Below the pieces are notes generated by a model, which made no database searches, was not told where the DNA came from, and saw only the letters and a program-made list of their open reading frames with translations. A stretch of DNA of 64,000 bases from Candidatus Multivoradales bacterium (lineage in GTDB: Bacteria; Acidobacteriota; Thermoanaerobaculia; Multivoradales; JAHEKO01). Positions 60,249-64,000 of the stretch are shown here, piece after piece. The stretch spans positions 96,001 through 160,000 of the forward strand of contig CBDFIJ010000004.1 of assembly GCA_965248055.1 (NCBI GenBank). The letters are read 5' to 3'. Position numbers and translations under genes: made by a program. Every line of letters begins with the position of its first letter. Within the stretch, counting starts at the first letter, position 1.

Positions 60249-61568
60249 TCAGCGGCGAGTCAAGCTCTCCTGTGCCCGACGCGCCCAGTTGGCGAACTCG
60301 CCACCACTCAGTGTCGACCCCAGCGAACATTCAGAAGGTTCCAACACCCCACAGGCGACCGCGGCGCTGCACGCATCGGCTGTCGTTGGCTCCAAGCAAG
60401 TCGCTCGCTCGGTACGCATCAGTCGCAGAACCACATCGATCGCTTCCTGGCGAGACATCGGAAGGTCCGGGTAAAACCGATGACCGGCGCGGTCGACGTG
60501 CAGCAGGCCTGCATTGACTACTTGAGCAATTTCTTCCCGATTGGGATGTTCCAAAATATCGGTGGCGATGCGCACCTGTTGTGAGCGGGCATAGCGCACC
60601 TGGGGGAAGAACCAATAAAGCGCCAGCGAAAAATCAGCTCGTGTCATGGACGCGGTCGATAGAACCGCCCTGGCCTGTGCTGGCAACAGTCGAGCACGCC
60701 AGTTGAACTCGGCGCGCGCCAGCAATTCGTCGTGCAAAGGATCTCCAGCCGGATCAGCGGCTAGCCCTCGGGCGATCTCCACGGCTCGATCGGCACTTCC
60801 CCGGGCAATTTCCAATTCGGTCAGAGAAATTAATTCCTCAGCGTTCAGAAACTCACCCAGATACAAACGACGCCATGCGCTGAGTTCGCCATCGAGGTCC
60901 TTAACCGCCCGGGTTAGGAGCAACCCTGAGCGTAGGGTTAATTCGCGCTCTGGTACCCAGGCACTAAGAACGGACAACAGCCGTTGGGCGCGACCTAGGC
61001 GAGCGCCCTCTAGGGCTTGCAGGAAGTCTTGATCGACCACCTCCACTGCAGCAGGGAGCAACCCCTCAACACGACCGGCGGCAACGTTGGACCGTTCGCG
61101 GATCGTCCAGTAGTTGCGAAGCGCCTCTGCAGGATCTTGATTCAACTCGTACAACCGACCAGAAAGCAGCAGACCGGCATCGCTGTTGGGTTCTCGTCCC
61201 AAAGCAGACCGAGCATCCGCAAAACGGCTGTCGGCAAAGGCGATCTGCGCGGTGAGTAAGTCAATCAAATCGTCACCCGCTAGGGATCCTGGGGCGCCCA
61301 ACGTAGACGTAGCACCCTCCAAGTCCCCTTGGATCACCCGCGAATAGATTTCTTTGGCCCACCTCGTGGTAGTCGAACCCGGCACCTCTTCGCTACCCAC
61401 CGGGTCCAGTAGGTAAGACCGCAAATCGGCGCTCAAAGGCCGGTATGTGACCCTCGTCTGACCGGTTGGTGTGGTGGTCGTAGCGCAGCCAATCCCTAGC
61501 GCGGCGATCACCGTCACCACGGCGAGGGAGCGCACTCCGCCCCTCAACGGAGTCTTGCCAGAACGCAA
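60249..61568 (-). CDS. Lipoprotein with TPR-like helices and a C-terminal SLH-like region
   Basis: Lipobox LGIGC; MTRADF, DILEHP...VNAGLL...FYPDLPMSRQEA. Confidence 0.7.
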   Translation of the reverse strand: MRSGKTPLRGGVRSLAVVTVIAALGIGCATTTTPTGQTRVTYRPLSADLRSYLLDPVGSEEVPGSTTTRWAKEIYSRVIQGDLEGATSTLGAPGSLAGDDLIDLLTAQIAFADSRFADARSALGREPNSDAGLLLSGRLYELNQDPAEALRNYWTIRERSNVAAGRVEGLLPAAVEVVDQDFLQALEGARLGRAQRLLSVLSAWVPERELTLRSGLLLTRAVKDLDGELSAWRRLYLGEFLNAEELISLTELEIARGSADRAVEIARGLAADPAGDPLHDELLARAEFNWRARLLPAQARAVLSTASMTRADFSLALYWFFPQVRYARSQQVRIATDILEHPNREEIAQVVNAGLLHVDRAGHRFYPDLPMSRQEAIDVVLRLMRTERATCLEPTTADACSAAVACGVLEPSECSLGSTLSGGEFANWARRAQESLTRR

Positions 61569-61571
61569 TGT

Positions 61572-61775
61572 TTACAGCGTGGAGATCGTCGCCACGGCGT
61601 GCTTATAAATCAGTATTTCTGATCCCCCCTCAAGCACCACCAAAGCAAAACGATCAAAACGGAGCAACGGACCTTCAAAAACCTTCCCTGTCATCAGTTC
61701 GACCCGCACTGGCTGGCGAGCTTTGAGGTTTTGAAATAGAAATCCGTCTTGGATATTGATACTAGTTTTGGACAT
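61572..61775 (-). CDS. hfq: RNA chaperone Hfq (short, divergent)
   Basis: NIQDGFL, FDRF, IYKHA; directly downstream of miaA. Confidence 0.9.
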   Translation of the reverse strand: MSKTSINIQDGFLFQNLKARQPVRVELMTGKVFEGPLLRFDRFALVVLEGGSEILIYKHAVATISTL

Positions 61776-62679
61776 TTGCCTCCTGAATGGTCTTCACCAC
61801 GGTATCCGTGTCGTGAGACCCAATCCAATCAATTCTCGAATCGCACCGAAACCAGGTGAGTTGCCTTTTTGCGTAGCGTCGCGTCTCTCTCGAAATTAGT
61901 TCTGCCGCTTCGCCCTCGGCTAAGCGATCATCGAGCACCGCCACCAAAGTTCGATAGCCAATCGCTTGAAACGCGGCCACCTCAGAGCCGTACTTTTCTT
62001 TTAGTTCTCGGACCTCTTCAAGCCAACCCGCCTTGAGCATATGGCTAGTCCGAGCCGTGATCCGATCGTACAAGAGCTTTCTATCTAGGGTCAATCCTAT
62101 CCAACACACTTCGCTAAGCGGAGGCTCCTCGGGAGCCTGTTGTTGCCATTCGCTGAGAGGTATTCCGGTCGCCTGATGAACCTCCAGCCCGCGCACCACT
62201 CGCTGACGATCTCCTGGTTCCAACCCCGCTGCCCATTCGGGGTCCACCGCTGCCAGGCGTTGCTGCAGTTCTTCGAGCCCAAACTCTTGCAACTGGCCCC
62301 GAATTTGTTGCTGAATCTTTGCACTGACGCTCGGAATCGGCGCCAAACCGTCAATCAGAGCCCGCAGGTAGAAACCAGAACCACCGACGATCACTGGAAC
62401 GCGACCTCTATCCTGAATCTCTGAGATCACGATACGCGCCCTTCGGGCAAAGTCTCCCGCAGAAAACGGCTGATCGGGGTCCAAGATATTGATCAGATGA
62501 TGTGGCACCTGACGCCGGGCCGCGGCAGATGGCTTGGCGGTACCCACTTCCAGCTCTCGGTAGACCTGCAACGCATCCGCGTTGACCACCTCGATCGGCA
62601 GTTCTTTGGCTAACCGAAGTGCAAAATCCGTTTTTCCGGAGGCGGTCGCACCGACCAGTACCAGGATACCCTTCACCAC
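61762..62679 (-). CDS. miaA: tRNA dimethylallyltransferase
   Basis: GATASGKT, DALQVY, GTAKP, VGGSGFY, TRRYAKRQLTWF. Confidence 0.97.
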   Translation of the reverse strand: MVKGILVLVGATASGKTDFALRLAKELPIEVVNADALQVYRELEVGTAKPSAAARRQVPHHLINILDPDQPFSAGDFARRARIVISEIQDRGRVPVIVGGSGFYLRALIDGLAPIPSVSAKIQQQIRGQLQEFGLEELQQRLAAVDPEWAAGLEPGDRQRVVRGLEVHQATGIPLSEWQQQAPEEPPLSEVCWIGLTLDRKLLYDRITARTSHMLKAGWLEEVRELKEKYGSEVAAFQAIGYRTLVAVLDDRLAEGEAAELISRETRRYAKRQLTWFRCDSRIDWIGSHDTDTVVKTIQEANVQN

Positions 62680-62685
62680 TTCATC

Positions 62686-64000
62686 TTAGAGCGATCCGGC
62701 GACCTTAGGCGAACCCAATGGCACAACCACACTGCCCTCTTGGTCGGTGCGCCAGATTTGCACTCCAGCGTTGTCCAAGCGCAGCAACACTTCTGGGGAT
62801 GGGTGGCCAAACGGATTGTCCTTTCCAGCAGAGATCAACGCTGTCGAGGGCGCCACGCAATCCAGTATTCGCCTGCTGGTCGAGGTCCGACTGCCGTGGT
62901 GAGCGACTTTCAATACCTCGGCAGCCAACTCGCTGCACGGGAATCGACGCATCAGCTTTCGTTCGCCACGCAGCTCCAGGTCACCGGTCAGTAGGATCGA
63001 ACCCCACGGACTCCGCTTCAGGTGAATAACCGCCGAGTCGTCATTGTCGAGCCTGACGCCTGCTGCGACGGGAGAAAGCACGCGAAAATTGAGCTCGCCC
63101 CAGAGCATGTCCCGGCCAGCCCACAGCGGCACCAAGCGGGGTCCCGGTGAGCTTAAAAGATCCCAGTAACACTCCTCATCCCAACCAGCAGAGGTCCAGA
63201 CCTGATGCACTGGAACCCATCTCACAAGCGATCGTGCGGCGTCACAGTGGTCATAGTCGGGATGGGAGATGAGCAAGGTATCCAGGCGTCTAATCCTTCG
63301 CTCGGCCAAGTGCGTCTTGAGACCTTGGAGACTGCTGCCGCCATCGATCAGCATCGATCGCTCCCCCATGCGCAAAAGCAGGCCGTCGCCTTGCCCAACA
63401 TCGAGCAACACCAACTCCACTCTTGCACCATCCCTGGGGATCAACACCCAAAGCAGCAAGCTCGCACCGCAGATCATCAAGGCTCGGTCGTGCGACACGC
63501 TGGCGACACCCGCTCGCCAACGGATCCCGATCAAGAACAATACCAACCCGAGGGAATAGAGCATCGCACTGGTGGTGGTGATCGGCCAACCTTGAAACGT
63601 GCTGGGTGCGAGGTGTCGCAATGCGGTCCCCATCTCGAGTAGTGACGTCAGCGGGATAGCGAGCCAGCGGGCAATCCAGGTTGGTGTCGCGAGCGTCAAC
63701 AATCCCAGCGCTAGAACGGATGCCACCCAGGGGAGAGCCAAGGCACTGAACACCGGCGCCCCCGGCGCCAGCCAATGGAACAGACTTGTTGCCCGAGCCA
63801 AGGTCGCCGCCTGGGCAGAGGCTCCGATAACCAGTACCGCGCCCGTCTTGCCCACCCAGCCGCCCGGGAGTGCTTGGGCGATCGGGACCCCGAGAATCAA
63901 AATGCCTGATATCGCCAGCACGCTCAATTGCAATCCGACATCGGAGCGCCACGCCGGATCGACCGCCAACAGCAGGGCTACACAAGTCGCAAGTGCTGAA
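62686..64000 (-). CDS. comEC: ComEC/Rec2 competence protein, 5' part outside the window
   Basis: VGLQLSV TM region, DVGQGD, SHPDYDH, LLTGD, KVAHHGS, FGHP, RTD. Confidence 0.92.
   Translation of the reverse strand, partial: SALATCVALLLAVDPAWRSDVGLQLSVLAISGILILGVPIAQALPGGWVGKTGAVLVIGASAQAATLARATSLFHWLAPGAPVFSALALPWVASVLALGLLTLATPTWIARWLAIPLTSLLEMGTALRHLAPSTFQGWPITTTSAMLYSLGLVLFLIGIRWRAGVASVSHDRALMICGASLLLWVLIPRDGARVELVLLDVGQGDGLLLRMGERSMLIDGGSSLQGLKTHLAERRIRRLDTLLISHPDYDHCDAARSLVRWVPVHQVWTSAGWDEECYWDLLSSPGPRLVPLWAGRDMLWGELNFRVLSPVAAGVRLDNDDSAVIHLKRSPWGSILLTGDLELRGERKLMRRFPCSELAAEVLKVAHHGSRTSTSRRILDCVAPSTALISAGKDNPFGHPSPEVLLRLDNAGVQIWRTDQEGSVVVPLGSPKVAGSL

Noticed and set aside
1-64000. CRISPR array, rRNA or intact prophage
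   Set aside because: No regularly spaced repeat-spacer array, rRNA sequence or phage structural genes were seen.

Overview
64 kb of a GC-rich diderm bacterial chromosome, probably Acidobacteriota (inferred from the LptF-LptG fusion, an extended LptC/LptA and lineage-typical lipoproteins). Most of it is housekeeping: priA-accA-lptC/A-lptB-rpoN-hpf-ptsN-hprK-rapZ-EIIA-ptsH-ptsI, miaB, lptFG, metK, etfBA, tol-pal, rpsT, lptE-leuS-nusB, der, rnr, rex, dnaE, hfq-miaA-comEC, tRNA-Pro(GGG) and tRNA-Leu(CAG). Four things stand out. (1) A 28-bp XerC/D dif site at 22023-22050, with genes converging on it, suggests the replication terminus. A parA-parB pair ends about 110 bp from it and a perfect non-canonical parS-format palindrome (TGTCGGCGCGCCGACA) lies nearby, giving a candidate terminus-located ParABS system. 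(2) An unannotated ~155-nt four-hairpin RNA (27381-27535) is preceded by a complete sigma54 promoter architecture (tandem enhancer repeats, IHF-like site, GG-N10-GC). (3) A decayed ~8-kb island beside tRNA-Pro holds two HEPN-like genes, a serine-recombinase remnant with a tRNA-like att sequence, and three IS elements (one IS30 nested in the terminal repeat of an IS3); both interrupted genes can be rebuilt in frame. (4) There are several degenerate regulators: an EIIA without its phospho-His, an Hfq with an altered distal face, and a sensor-less histidine kinase beside a multi-TM protein and a PDZ remnant. All calls were made by eye from motifs; no database searches were run.
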